Shown one piece after another: positions 32,569 through 41,996 of a DNA stretch of 64,000 nt (the stretch's first letter is position 1; each line of letters starts with the position of its first letter). Source of the DNA: Minisyncoccota bacterium (GTDB lineage: Bacteria; Patescibacteriota; Minisyncoccia; Phycocordibacterales; UBA5272); contig JBAZJW010000001.1 in the NCBI GenBank assembly GCA_041651055.1, forward strand, positions 20,737 through 84,736. The letters are read 5' to 3'. The notes below the pieces were generated by a model that saw only the letters and a list, made by a program, of their open reading frames with translations, made no database searches and was not told the DNA's origin. A program made the translations under genes and the position numbers.

Positions 32569-32838
32569 TCAGTGTTTGGCCTCGTCTTTTTTGGCCTCTT
32601 CCTTCTTGGCTGCCGGCGGCGGAGACGACTTATTCCTGTTGATAAGGTAGACCGCCGTTCCGACCGCCATCATCGTGATACCTCCGGTAATGAGGGCCGG
32701 GTACTGCTGCGCAACCGGGCCGAACCACCCGAGACCCATCGCGAGTCCACCAAGGACTGAGAGGATTGCTCCTCCTGCTCCAAGGCCAATTCCGAAGATT
32801 TTCCCACCCGTTATCCCGCCACCGTGTGAATCGCTCAT
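32569..32838 (-). CDS. Small Gly-rich 2-TM protein
   Basis: AGGAG RBS; hydrophobic segments. Confidence 0.6.
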   Translation of the reverse strand: MSDSHGGGITGGKIFGIGLGAGGAILSVLGGLAMGLGWFGPVAQQYPALITGGITMMAVGTAVYLINRNKSSPPPAAKKEEAKKDEAKH

Positions 32839-32862
32839 GCTTTTTCTCCTTAGAAATTTGAA

Positions 32863-33483
32863 TTACCGTGTGATGACACGGAAAAATCCGTTAACCACCT
32901 TCACCCCGAGTCCTTTCCCTGCGGCTTGTTCGAACCACTCCATTTGGCAGTTCTGTTCACCAGGAAAGATATCTCCACAGGAGTTCTGTGGATCGTCCAC
33001 CACAAAAATGTGGTAGTTGTGTGCAGCATACGCTGCCACACCAGTCACCTGGACATGACTGCACCCTGTCTCGTTGAATTCGAGGGTTCTGCCCCCCTCC
33101 AGATATTTCACTGGAGTGTTCAGAAACCCAATCCGTGTTTCCTCTGCGTTGTTGCAGGGGAATTGCACGATTGACCCATTGACGGGTGAAAAGGTTGTCG
33201 TTGCTGGTTTTGCCGGCTGAGTCGCCGCTGTTGCCACTACCGGCTCTTGACGATCCGGCAGTGGGGCACCTTTTGCTCCAAAGAGGCCGATCGATGACCC
33301 AGGATTTTGCAGAGCGATCTGCTTGGTTTTCTCCTCCTGGATCTTCCTCTCCTCGGTTTTTATCTGCTGCTGGACCACTTCGGGGTTTGGACCTTTTACA
33401 TATATGGCTATCGTTGCCAGTGTCCCTACTGAGCCGATAAATATAACGAGCGCAATCTGGAGATTTTTAACCCAATTACTCAT
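32863..33483 (-). CDS. Single-pass membrane protein with Cys-containing extracellular domain
   Basis: TM, short coiled region, Pro/Thr linker; start overlaps the upstream stop. Confidence 0.6.
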   Translation of the reverse strand: MSNWVKNLQIALVIFIGSVGTLATIAIYVKGPNPEVVQQQIKTEERKIQEEKTKQIALQNPGSSIGLFGAKGAPLPDRQEPVVATAATQPAKPATTTFSPVNGSIVQFPCNNAEETRIGFLNTPVKYLEGGRTLEFNETGCSHVQVTGVAAYAAHNYHIFVVDDPQNSCGDIFPGEQNCQMEWFEQAAGKGLGVKVVNGFFRVITR

Positions 33484-34631
33484 GATATTTCCTTTCTTGG
33501 GTGTTCGATGTAAACCGTGACGATGTTTCCTGAAAACACCTCCACGTTGAAATATGCTCCGGGGTGACTTTTCGTCCACTCGAAGCAGTCGTCGGAGACC
33601 AATGCTACACATTTGTCACCGTCGAACTTTGTCGCATCCCATACGGTGAAGTTCTTCCCTTCGATCCTTATACGGAGAGGATTGACGGCAATCAGATTGC
33701 CATCAGTGCCTCTCGCGATGTCTCCAACAGCAAACGCGAAGAATTGGAAACTCGGATGAGCCCTTCCTTCTGCATCCACTATTGGGTCGTATGCATGGCC
33801 GTTGCTGTTGTCCAGCGTCAGACATGCACCAGTGTTCAGCAGGTGCCTTTCCCAGTTGGGGAAGGCACGCGTGTAATACCGACATGTCGTGAATGGCTTC
33901 ACAGGTGGACCTGTCGCCACCTGAGGGCTGGCCTCGGGTGCGACTTCGGATGTCGGTGCTTGTGCGACCGCAGCAGTGACGACAGGGGTTTGCATTTGAT
34001 TGCTTGCTCCAGTCATATGTTTGCTGTTGTTGTACACCACAAGTCCGATCGCTACTGCGATGCACAGCAGGACCATCATCACGCCGATAACTACGCGCGC
34101 GCTGACGCCCCCGCCAATTTCCTGCTCAACTTGTTTGTGGACAGGGGGCGGTGTTGCTTTCGGTTGTGTGACTCCACCTCGGATGGGATTCATTGGCGAA
34201 CCAATGCGGTAATGGGGATCACCACATCCTTCATTTCCATCTCCATCACGACCCCATCCACCCCCACTGCGTGGGGGTCTCGGGGGAGGGCTTCCACCTC
34301 GTGTCGCCATTTCCTCACGCATTCTGGCAAACATTGCGTAAGTATCGGCATCTTTCTTGGCGGCGTCAGCGACAGCCTTTTGGCGCCTTTTTTGATCGGC
34401 GTCGTAAGCTTCCTGTTCCCTCTTACTCTTCTCCTTCTTTTCTTTGTCTGAAGGAGTTGGGGTGGGGGTCGCAGGTGTAACCGGCCTCTCCTTTTTCGGG
34501 GGAGGTGCAGTCACTGTTGGTGGTGTAACCTTCGGAATCGGTGACTCCTTCGGATTTCCACCAAGCAACTTCATCAGTTGACGTGTTGCCCAGCTGTCCA
34601 TCTTTGGATCTATCTTTTTCAGATCAGCCAT
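33480..34631 (-). CDS. Pro-rich single-pass membrane protein
   Basis: AGGAGG RBS; Pro/Lys-rich N-terminus, central TM, C-terminal domain with 4 Cys. Confidence 0.7.
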   Translation of the reverse strand: MADLKKIDPKMDSWATRQLMKLLGGNPKESPIPKVTPPTVTAPPPKKERPVTPATPTPTPSDKEKKEKSKREQEAYDADQKRRQKAVADAAKKDADTYAMFARMREEMATRGGSPPPRPPRSGGGWGRDGDGNEGCGDPHYRIGSPMNPIRGGVTQPKATPPPVHKQVEQEIGGGVSARVVIGVMMVLLCIAVAIGLVVYNNSKHMTGASNQMQTPVVTAAVAQAPTSEVAPEASPQVATGPPVKPFTTCRYYTRAFPNWERHLLNTGACLTLDNSNGHAYDPIVDAEGRAHPSFQFFAFAVGDIARGTDGNLIAVNPLRIRIEGKNFTVWDATKFDGDKCVALVSDDCFEWTKSHPGAYFNVEVFSGNIVTVYIEHPRKEIS

Positions 34632-34910
34632 GGCTGGCCTCCTTTCTAAATTTGTTTGTTAATGAACCGTTTCTTTTAGACTCTTGTGTTCCCACAGGAA
34701 TCCCTTGTTCGTAATACTACAGTATTATAGAGATGTGTCAAGGGTGATTTGGAAAATCAGGAATGATGATTTTTGACCTCTCGTATGGCAAAAAAATACA
34801 CACAAGAGCACGTGGTATTGGTTTGTCTACTTTGTTTCTACACCACTACTTGCTACTATTTATATAAATCTTATCGTCCCGATAAGAACGCACTTTGAAG
34901 GAGACACATC

Positions 34911-35633
34911 ATGGGACAAATGATTGATGGTTACCGTCGTGCAAAAGGGGAAGCGTTAGGGAACGCTGCTGGTTCAACCCCGATGCTATTTCGAGATTGG
35001 TTGATAAACATCGGCTACATCGCTTCCTTAATTTGGGGGCTTGGGACCGCTTTTTCTTTACAACCTGTACCACAAACTGAACATGTTTTCACGGAATTCG
35101 TGAGACGGTTTGGAATCGAGGGAACGTTTCCCTTTATGTTCACGCTGCTTGCGTTCTGTCTGTCTGGAATAATCTACGGATTCATTCTGGTTATGCGAGA
35201 ATCAGGTAGCGATCTTGGTGATACAGGTAACGCCTTCATGTATTTGTCTTTCTCGTGTGTGTCTTATTCACTCATGTATGATTGCGCATATCAGATTGGT
35301 AATCACTGTACACCACTAGGTTACGGATGTGAGAATTTTTCGAACACTGCGTGGTGGTTTGGTATGAGTGCTGCTGTCGTGTATATTTTGCGTGAAGCAT
35401 CAATGCCTTTACCAGGGGAGAAGGCGGTGATTATGTGGAATGGTAGACCTATACGGGTCGTGCAAAATGGAGGCATCCTTTTTATACCCGGAGCGCCTAT
35501 TCCACACAATCTTTATGTTTTTCTCAAAACTCTCGGGCGAGGTGCTGTTCACTTTATGTGGCATTGTCACATTGAAGAAGACGGACGGCACAATCCGAAG
35601 ATGGTGGTTCATCGTCATCGTTTTGAAGAATGA
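34911..35633 (+). CDS. Hypothetical multi-pass membrane protein
   Basis: AGGAG RBS; about 4 TM segments. Confidence 0.65.
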   Translation: MGQMIDGYRRAKGEALGNAAGSTPMLFRDWLINIGYIASLIWGLGTAFSLQPVPQTEHVFTEFVRRFGIEGTFPFMFTLLAFCLSGIIYGFILVMRESGSDLGDTGNAFMYLSFSCVSYSLMYDCAYQIGNHCTPLGYGCENFSNTAWWFGMSAAVVYILREASMPLPGEKAVIMWNGRPIRVVQNGGILFIPGAPIPHNLYVFLKTLGRGAVHFMWHCHIEEDGRHNPKMVVHRHRFEE

Positions 35634-35701
35634 ACATTGTTTCTTTGAAGGAAGTGCGATCGTAAGATCGCATTTTTTTGATTTGGAACTTTCTCACTTC
35701 G

Positions 35702-35927
35702 TGAGATGCGGGTGGGATTTTCCGACAAATCTTTTTGAGTCTCATGACATGATTTACTAATCAGCCGTCGCTCACTATTCCATCTTTTGGAAAGTGGGAT
35801 TTGGTCACAGAACCTGTTCTTCACTTTGTTCAGAACAGATGGTTCCGCGACCCCTATTCAAATCCCAACAGAAGCCAAGCAGTTGGCTTCTTCCCGCGTC
35901 TCAAAAAACGCTTCGCTTATTTTTTTG
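35702..35927 (-). repeat. tRNA 3' mirror element of tRNA-Cys
   Basis: Split antisense copy; CTGC hairpin 35870-35891; direct copies 35794-35803 and 35702-35720. Confidence 0.9.
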
Positions 35928-36001
35928 AGACGCGGGTGGGATTTGAACCCACGAATGACGGTTTTGCAAACCGTAGCGTTAAACCACTTCGCCACCGCGT
36001 C
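35928..36001 (-). tRNA. tRNA-Cys(GCA)
   Basis: Cloverleaf on minus strand; GCA anticodon; U73 discriminator. Confidence 0.95.
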
Positions 36002-36148
36002 TTATTATTTTATTTTTTATTAATTTACAGTTTAATTTTAATCACTGTTATGATTAATTTCAATCTTAGCACGCTTGTGGAACCACTAGCATCCTTCGAT
36101 TACTATCTCCGGATGTCTTCGCAACCAAGTTGCTCGAGCTACCGCGTC
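36002..36148 (-). other. tRNA 5' leader element starting with a duplicate of the tRNA-Cys 5' end
   Basis: GACGCGGTAGC vs tRNA GACGCGGTGGC; motif shared with 23737-23900. Confidence 0.7.
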
Positions 36149-36247
36149 TTATGTTCTTTCTTTCAAAAGTTTTTTCATTCTACCATATTTATGAAAAGGA
36201 CTCTAGAAAAAAAAGACATAACGTGGTATAGTATTCTCCGTATATAT

Positions 36248-36320
36248 GCCCCTATAGCTCAGCTGGTAGAGCATCGGACTCTTAATCCGCAGGTCGTAGG
36301 TTCGATCCCTACTGGGGGCA
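36248..36320 (+). tRNA. tRNA-Lys(CTT)
   Basis: Cloverleaf; CGGA-CTCTTAA-TCCG anticodon arm. Confidence 0.95.
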
Positions 36321-36550
36321 CAATAATGAAAATACTCCACATGTAATCCTGTGGAGTATTTTCATTATCAGTGACAACAGAGCACATGAACTGCTTCATG
36401 TGCGTAAGGGATCGAATAGGGGTCGCGAAACTACTTCGAGCAAAGCGAGGTAGTTTTGTGACCGATCCCTACCTTAGAATAGTATGATGGTTAGCGCAAG
36501 TAGTAACTCGTGACCACAAGGTTCTTACTTTTGTTTGTTGTTGATCCCTA
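36321..36550 (+). repeat. tRNA 3' mirror element of tRNA-Lys
   Basis: CTGC hairpin 36382-36403; AGGGATCGAA antisense; direct copies 36463-36472 and 36543-36550. Confidence 0.9.
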
Positions 36551-36593
36551 TTTAAAAATCCCACCCACGTCTCCCAGGTGCTATACTTTCTCT

Positions 36594-37196
36594 ATGTCCA
36601 CACTAAAAAAATATTTTCCACACGTATTACTTTTTGCATACATCGTAGAGTTCATTGTTTTAGCTATTCATCCATACGATAGAGCTGTATGGCTAACAGA
36701 AAATCTCACAGTACTTCCCATTGTTCTTGTCCTCGTTATTCTCTATTACAAGAATGTACGTTTTTCAATGGTGTCCTATGCGCTTATGAGTGTGCTTATT
36801 TTTATGCACACATGGGGAGGACATTACACATTCGCACTCGTACCTTTTGATTGGTTTAATAATTTCTTTGGCTTTGAAAGAAATATGTATGATCGTGTCG
36901 CGCATGCGACTGTCGGATTTTATGCATATCCAATGATAGAGGCTCTCATTAGATATAAAGTGGTCAATAAAAAGTGGTTTGCATACTTGGCGGCCTTTAG
37001 TATTATTCCTGCACTTGCGGCTTTTTATGAAATGTTTGAATGGAGATATGCTATCGGAGGCGATCCAGAAGCTGGCCTTGCTGTACTCGGATCTCAAGGG
37101 GACATATGGGACGCACAGAAGGATATGCTCATGGATACACTTGGTGGATTATTTGCAACAGTGCTCTTTTTTGTGCTCAATAGAAATAAGAAGTAA
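36594..37196 (+). CDS. DUF2238 (YjdF-like) membrane protein
   Basis: DRAVWLTEN, GGHYTF..VP, RNMYDRVAH and LGSQGDIWDAQKDM motifs. Confidence 0.9.
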   Translation: MSTLKKYFPHVLLFAYIVEFIVLAIHPYDRAVWLTENLTVLPIVLVLVILYYKNVRFSMVSYALMSVLIFMHTWGGHYTFALVPFDWFNNFFGFERNMYDRVAHATVGFYAYPMIEALIRYKVVNKKWFAYLAAFSIIPALAAFYEMFEWRYAIGGDPEAGLAVLGSQGDIWDAQKDMLMDTLGGLFATVLFFVLNRNKK

Positions 37197-37227
37197 AGAT
37201 GTGGTAGAATACTACCTACAAAACCCT

Positions 37228-37310
37228 GCCCGGGTGATGGAATGGTAGACATAGAGGACTTAAAATCCTCAGCGCGTTTGCGCGTGCGGGTTCGAGTCCC
37301 GCCCTGGGCA
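37228..37310 (+). tRNA. tRNA-Leu(TAA)
   Basis: Cloverleaf; GAGGA-CTTAAAA-TCCTC anticodon arm; long variable arm. Confidence 0.95.
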
Positions 37311-38867
37311 CAAGACAGGACAATCTGGTACGAAAGTATCAGATTTTCCTTTTTTAGCAGTACTTTTACGTGGTTCGAAATTATTTTGACTATCTATTTT
37401 CTGTTGAACCCTTTGAGCGAGTACTTCAACTGGCCTCTTTAATAATGACAACACTTTTTCATCTTTAAGAGTGATGTTCGAAAAAATATGAGATAAAAGA
37501 GTTCTTCTTTCTTCGGGTGTTCTTTTCTTATAGATTTCCTCCGCTCGAAAAGCAAGATCCAAAATGTTTAACCATATTTCAAAATACCTAGTTTCTATAT
37601 TTTTAATTTTTGATATTTGCTCCTGAATACCTTGCTGCTCTTTGTTAATTTCGGTCTGTCTCTTTTCCCATGTGTCGGTACTAATCTTCTGGTCTAATCT
37701 ATCGTTATACAGTATGTCTAGACGGCTCTGTAATTGAATGTAGCGAGCGTTTAGTGTCTTGAGGGTGTTTTCTTTGTATTCTATTTCTTGAATATGGTTT
37801 GCCTTAATTTTCTCCTTTATACGTTCGGCTTCTTCAGGTTTTATATTCTTAAAGAAATTAAAAACTCCTAAAAGTTGCTCTTCAATTTTTGATTCTGGGG
37901 TATATGGTTTCTGTGTACACTCGTTATAGTGATTACAATGATAGTAGACAATACCCTTCTGTATTTCTGCGGTAATCGTACCATTGCACTCGCCACACTT
38001 CATCATTTTCTTAAATTGAAAATTATGTTTACTGTATGAAGGAGTAAGTTTTCCTCTTTTCACTGATTGTGCTTTATCAAATAGTTCTTTTGTAATTATC
38101 GGCTCATGTTTTGCTTCTGGGTAAAGTACATCATTCCAGACCATCGCACCATAATAAAAAGGTTCATTGAGAATCCTCTCTATTCTACTTTTTGCTAACT
38201 TTCTACCTGCACGAGTTCTGAAGCCCTCTTTATATAATTGCTGACGTACTGCTTCCATTGAGTGATTACTACTAGAATACAACTCAAATGCTTTCTTTAT
38301 AAAAGGAGCAACCGATGTATCGATGACATGTGTCTTGTGGCCTTTATCTCCAACTGTTTGGTAACCAAGAGGGGATCTGGTTGGTAACCATCCTTGAGCA
38401 AGTTTCTCTGCTTGCCCCTTGCGTACCTCTTCAGAAAGATTTGAAATATATTTCTTGGCTAGGACAATTTCAATATCCCAACGAAACTTTTCATCAGATT
38501 TAGCGTTTTTATGAATAATAAGGTTCTGTTTAACAAAGTGTATTTTTCTTTGATCATCTTCATCGATCCAATCGTTTGCAACTACTGCTTCTTTCAAATT
38601 ACGCGTAAGGCGGTCTACTTTTTCTACTATAAGGTTTTTAACCTTGTTTTTATCTATATATTCCATCATTTCAGCAAAAACTTTTCTCTGTTTTGTTCCG
38701 CTTGCGCTTTCAGCGACAGAGAATACTTTGTTAACTGTAAAACCCTTGCGATTCGCATATTCTTTTAATAACTTCTCTTGTGAAGGTAGTGAGTACCCGG
38801 TCTCTTCTTGTTCCTTTGTTGAAACTCTACAATAGAGAACTGAGTTATTAGTATCAATGTTTTTCAT
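37269..38867 (-). CDS. Large serine recombinase
   Basis: [32 protein letters not shown] Zn ribbon, coiled coil. Confidence 0.95.
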   Translation of the reverse strand: MKNIDTNNSVLYCRVSTKEQEETGYSLPSQEKLLKEYANRKGFTVNKVFSVAESASGTKQRKVFAEMMEYIDKNKVKNLIVEKVDRLTRNLKEAVVANDWIDEDDQRKIHFVKQNLIIHKNAKSDEKFRWDIEIVLAKKYISNLSEEVRKGQAEKLAQGWLPTRSPLGYQTVGDKGHKTHVIDTSVAPFIKKAFELYSSSNHSMEAVRQQLYKEGFRTRAGRKLAKSRIERILNEPFYYGAMVWNDVLYPEAKHEPIITKELFDKAQSVKRGKLTPSYSKHNFQFKKMMKCGECNGTITAEIQKGIVYYHCNHYNECTQKPYTPESKIEEQLLGVFNFFKNIKPEEAERIKEKIKANHIQEIEYKENTLKTLNARYIQLQSRLDILYNDRLDQKISTDTWEKRQTEINKEQQGIQEQISKIKNIETRYFEIWLNILDLAFRAEEIYKKRTPEERRTLLSHIFSNITLKDEKVLSLLKRPVEVLAQRVQQKIDSQNNFEPRKSTAKKGKSDTFVPDCPVLCPGRDSNPHAQTR

Positions 38868-38914
38868 ATATTTATTTTATCATTTTTAGTTTGATTGTCG
38901 TACAACGATATTCT

Positions 38915-39508
38915 CTAAAATGGAATGTCGTCTAGGTTTACATTTCCAAAGGATTGGTCTACTAGTTCTGTTTTTAAGGTTTTTCCAATTTCTTTATATC
39001 TTTTTCTTGCTTCATCAGGAGTTAATTCTTTTGCTGGCGCTATGTTGGTTTTCTTACATTGGAATATTTTTATATTAGTATTCTTAATATTAGTATTCTT
39101 ACTGTGACTTTCTGTCACTTGGTATTTGTTGTTTTTGTCACTTGGTGATGCTTTTTTTGTCACACGGCCAGGTGACTTTTTGTCACCTGGTTGATACCAA
39201 GAATCTCTATTTGTAAGAACGTAACCATAATTAGCCCAATGGCCACCCCGTCTTCTTTTTTCCATAATGACTAGATTGTATTTTTCTAAAAGATGTATAT
39301 TTCTAATTATTGTTCGTTTTGATATATTAAGTTCTTGAGCAAGGAGGTCATGTGTTGGCCATGCGTAACTTTCAAGATTAGAGTGCCTTTTTAAGCAAAT
39401 GTAAATTGCTAATGCCACATGACCAATTTTAGGTGAATATTCGTCAATTAAAATATTATCAACTGAAAACCACTGACCACTTTTAGTATTGTTGTTCAAC
39501 TCTTCCAT
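38915..39508 (-). CDS. HTH replication-initiator-like protein
   Basis: AIYICL..H...AWPT..LLAQELNISKRTI.R.I..LEK pattern; ends LDDIPF. Confidence 0.7.
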   Translation of the reverse strand: MEELNNNTKSGQWFSVDNILIDEYSPKIGHVALAIYICLKRHSNLESYAWPTHDLLAQELNISKRTIIRNIHLLEKYNLVIMEKRRRGGHWANYGYVLTNRDSWYQPGDKKSPGRVTKKASPSDKNNKYQVTESHSKNTNIKNTNIKIFQCKKTNIAPAKELTPDEARKRYKEIGKTLKTELVDQSFGNVNLDDIPF

Positions 39509-39512
39509 GGTT

Positions 39513-39704
39513 TCATTTTGAGAAATTAGAACCCAATTCCGACACCCTAGGAGTTGAAACTAAGATGTCGGAATTGACCTCCGATTTTTCTTTTTTATGA
39601 TCCTCATAATCAAAACGAGCAAGTAAATCAAAAAAGGACGACAAGTTATCTATGTCTTCATTAGTTAGGTTCAACTCTTTTTGTAATATCAACTCTTTAC
39701 TCAT
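39513..39704 (-). CDS. Small hypothetical protein
   Basis: Tightly spaced upstream of the rep-like gene. Confidence 0.5.
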   Translation of the reverse strand: MSKELILQKELNLTNEDIDNLSSFFDLLARFDYEDHKKEKSEVNSDILVSTPRVSELGSNFSK

Positions 39705-39811
39705 TACATAAGTAAAACAAATAAAAAATCTTCGGTAACTTATGCTTCTCTTATGATAAAAAGAAAATAAAACCCTGATTTATAAGGATTTATTTTGCTT
39801 GATCAAGAGTA

Positions 39812-40558
39812 TTATTTTAATACTTTTACTGTAAATGATTTATTTAAGAAATACCCAACTTTATTGTTAGAATCTATAACATTTTCTTTTATTCCTAGCC
39901 GTCTTTTTGCAATAATATTAAATTGAGAAATACCAACAGACAGATTCCCTTCTTTTTGGTCTAATTTAGACATGAGTTCCTCTCCGCTTAGTGGTCCATG
40001 AGTATGGAGAAGTTCAAGATATTGTTCTCTTTTTCCTTTAACAGGGTAAACCTTTTTGTTTAATTCATTTTTTAAACCTATATTCGAGAGAGTAAGGATA
40101 ACTTTTTTATTATTTTTAACTGGCCGTAACTTATTTTTTAATTCTAGGTTAACCACTCTTAAGAAAGATACTTTTTCTTTCACAGATGAAATAATGTTTT
40201 GTAACATCCTTATTCCAGATTCATCTGCATATATTAAACCATCTTCATCTTTAAAGAAAGTGACTATCGGGACAGTGTTATTCAATCTTTGTTCTAATGA
40301 GTTAAGAGTATGAACACGTACCATATCTGGTTCTGAAAGAAAATCATCAGCACTCTTTTCATTTACCTTTTTAAGTACTTTATATGTATCTAAAACCCAG
40401 TTACCATAGAAACGTTCAGCAATCTCAAAGTTTTTCGTAGTTGGATTGTTGATTGCGTTTTGGGTTATGTTTATTACTAATTTAGAATCAGATATATAAC
40501 TGTTTATTACATCTATACTTGAAGATTTTATTTTATTTTTTGAGGTCAACTCTCTCAT
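39812..40558 (-). CDS. Hypothetical protein with probable C-terminal winged helix
   Basis: LELL..HGPLSGEEL...GYFLN pattern. Confidence 0.55.
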   Translation of the reverse strand: MRELTSKNKIKSSSIDVINSYISDSKLVINITQNAINNPTTKNFEIAERFYGNWVLDTYKVLKKVNEKSADDFLSEPDMVRVHTLNSLEQRLNNTVPIVTFFKDEDGLIYADESGIRMLQNIISSVKEKVSFLRVVNLELKNKLRPVKNNKKVILTLSNIGLKNELNKKVYPVKGKREQYLELLHTHGPLSGEELMSKLDQKEGNLSVGISQFNIIAKRRLGIKENVIDSNNKVGYFLNKSFTVKVLK

Positions 40559-40752
40559 TACCACATTGTAACAAAAATATTGTATAATTAACTTGCTGAC
40601 AAACCAATATCGTTGCCCGAACAAGACCACAGGTCTTTGTTGTTGATTGTGTGCTGAATAAGCACCATATGTTTGAGGAAACATAATCAACAACCTTCGG
40701 GTTATTGGTTTGTCAGCACCTCTTACTGTGGTGCTTATTTTGTTTTATAAAA

Positions 40753-41052
40753 ATGAAAAAACTAATCTTTAAATGCTCAAATGTTTACTGCTCTTTTGAA
40801 GAAATCCTAAAATCAGATACAACAGCAGTAAAAGTTGGAGACGTATGTTTTATATGTAATGAAGGGAAGATTTTTTCTGGAGAATTGTACAAGAAAATAG
40901 ACCCTTTGAAATATCCAACACTATCAAAGTATCCGCCAGAGGTAGTTTGGGCGACAGTATCTAACTTAATAGAGAGATACCCTGATATGACAGATAATCA
41001 GTGTCTAACTAATTTAGAAATGGACTTTGCCCAGAAAGAACAAATGGCCTAA
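40753..41052 (+). CDS. Hypothetical Zn-ribbon protein
   Basis: CSNVYC...CFIC. Confidence 0.5.
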   Translation: MKKLIFKCSNVYCSFEEILKSDTTAVKVGDVCFICNEGKIFSGELYKKIDPLKYPTLSKYPPEVVWATVSNLIERYPDMTDNQCLTNLEMDFAQKEQMA

Positions 41053-41190
41053 TATGAACAAGTTTTTTAACTATATTATAAATAAATGGGAACGTATATA
41101 TTCGTTTTTTGACCATTGGTGGTGGAAAAATGGAGAAGATGTAGTGCTGTTTGCTTTTGTTGTATTTGTTATATATATACTAGGAAAATA

Positions 41191-41595
41191 ATGACTGAAA
41201 TTAACCCCCACAAAATCCTCATAGGAATAAGAGCAGAACAAATTAAAAATGGAGATCCTGACTTTATTGTTAATTTACTCACTGATTTTGAAAAAGATGA
41301 TACTGAAAAGATTAAATCCTTACGCGGTAGTGTTTCTCTTATGTTCCCCAAGGTTAGTGAGTACCCCTTTGCCTTTCTGATGTGGTCTATGGGTTTGTAT
41401 ACTAAATATCCTAATTTTGCCTATTTCCTTGATAAGGAAAGTGGAGATTTTATCGTAGAAAGTATGTTGTACGATATGAAATCACCACCAGCAGATAAAG
41501 GTAAGTTATTAAACAATCTTTACAGCAAGGCAGTTGATTTCGGAATTAAATATGGTTACTCAAAAGAAGAGATGGCTACTTACTTTTCCCACTGA
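41191..41595 (+). CDS. Hypothetical protein
   Basis: ORF only. Confidence 0.5.
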   Translation: MTEINPHKILIGIRAEQIKNGDPDFIVNLLTDFEKDDTEKIKSLRGSVSLMFPKVSEYPFAFLMWSMGLYTKYPNFAYFLDKESGDFIVESMLYDMKSPPADKGKLLNNLYSKAVDFGIKYGYSKEEMATYFSH

Positions 41596-41942
41596 AAACT
41601 CATTACGTTATTATCCTCCTCTTCAATACTATCTAATAGGTCGCCCATTCCAATAGAAGTATTTTTAACTCCAATCTCTTGTGCAGGTTTTCCAAAAGCA
41701 CGATTAAGAAGTAACTCAATAACCCGAGGATCTGGTTTTCCTCCATTACCAGTAAGTGCAACCTTAATTTGTGCGTCAATAAGTTTATCTGCCTTCTCAA
41801 GAATCTTTGCCTGTATTTGCTTGTAAACCTCTTCCTTAAGCAGTGTTTCTTTTCGTTTTCCGTGTTTACCTATTTTTGGAGACAAAAGCGCCCTCTTAAG
41901 GGCTTTCTTCTGCACTTCTGGTTTTGTTGCAAAGGTATTCAT
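41580..41942 (-). CDS. Phage-like hypothetical protein (terminase small subunit-like, tentative)
   Basis: G..GKRK N-terminus and IELLLNRAFGKP.Q motif. Confidence 0.45.
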   Translation of the reverse strand: MNTFATKPEVQKKALKRALLSPKIGKHGKRKETLLKEEVYKQIQAKILEKADKLIDAQIKVALTGNGGKPDPRVIELLLNRAFGKPAQEIGVKNTSIGMGDLLDSIEEEDNNVMSFQWEK

Positions 41943-41996
41943 TACTGTTTAAGTATACAACAAGTAAAATGAAACCTATTAAAACGTATTGAAACC

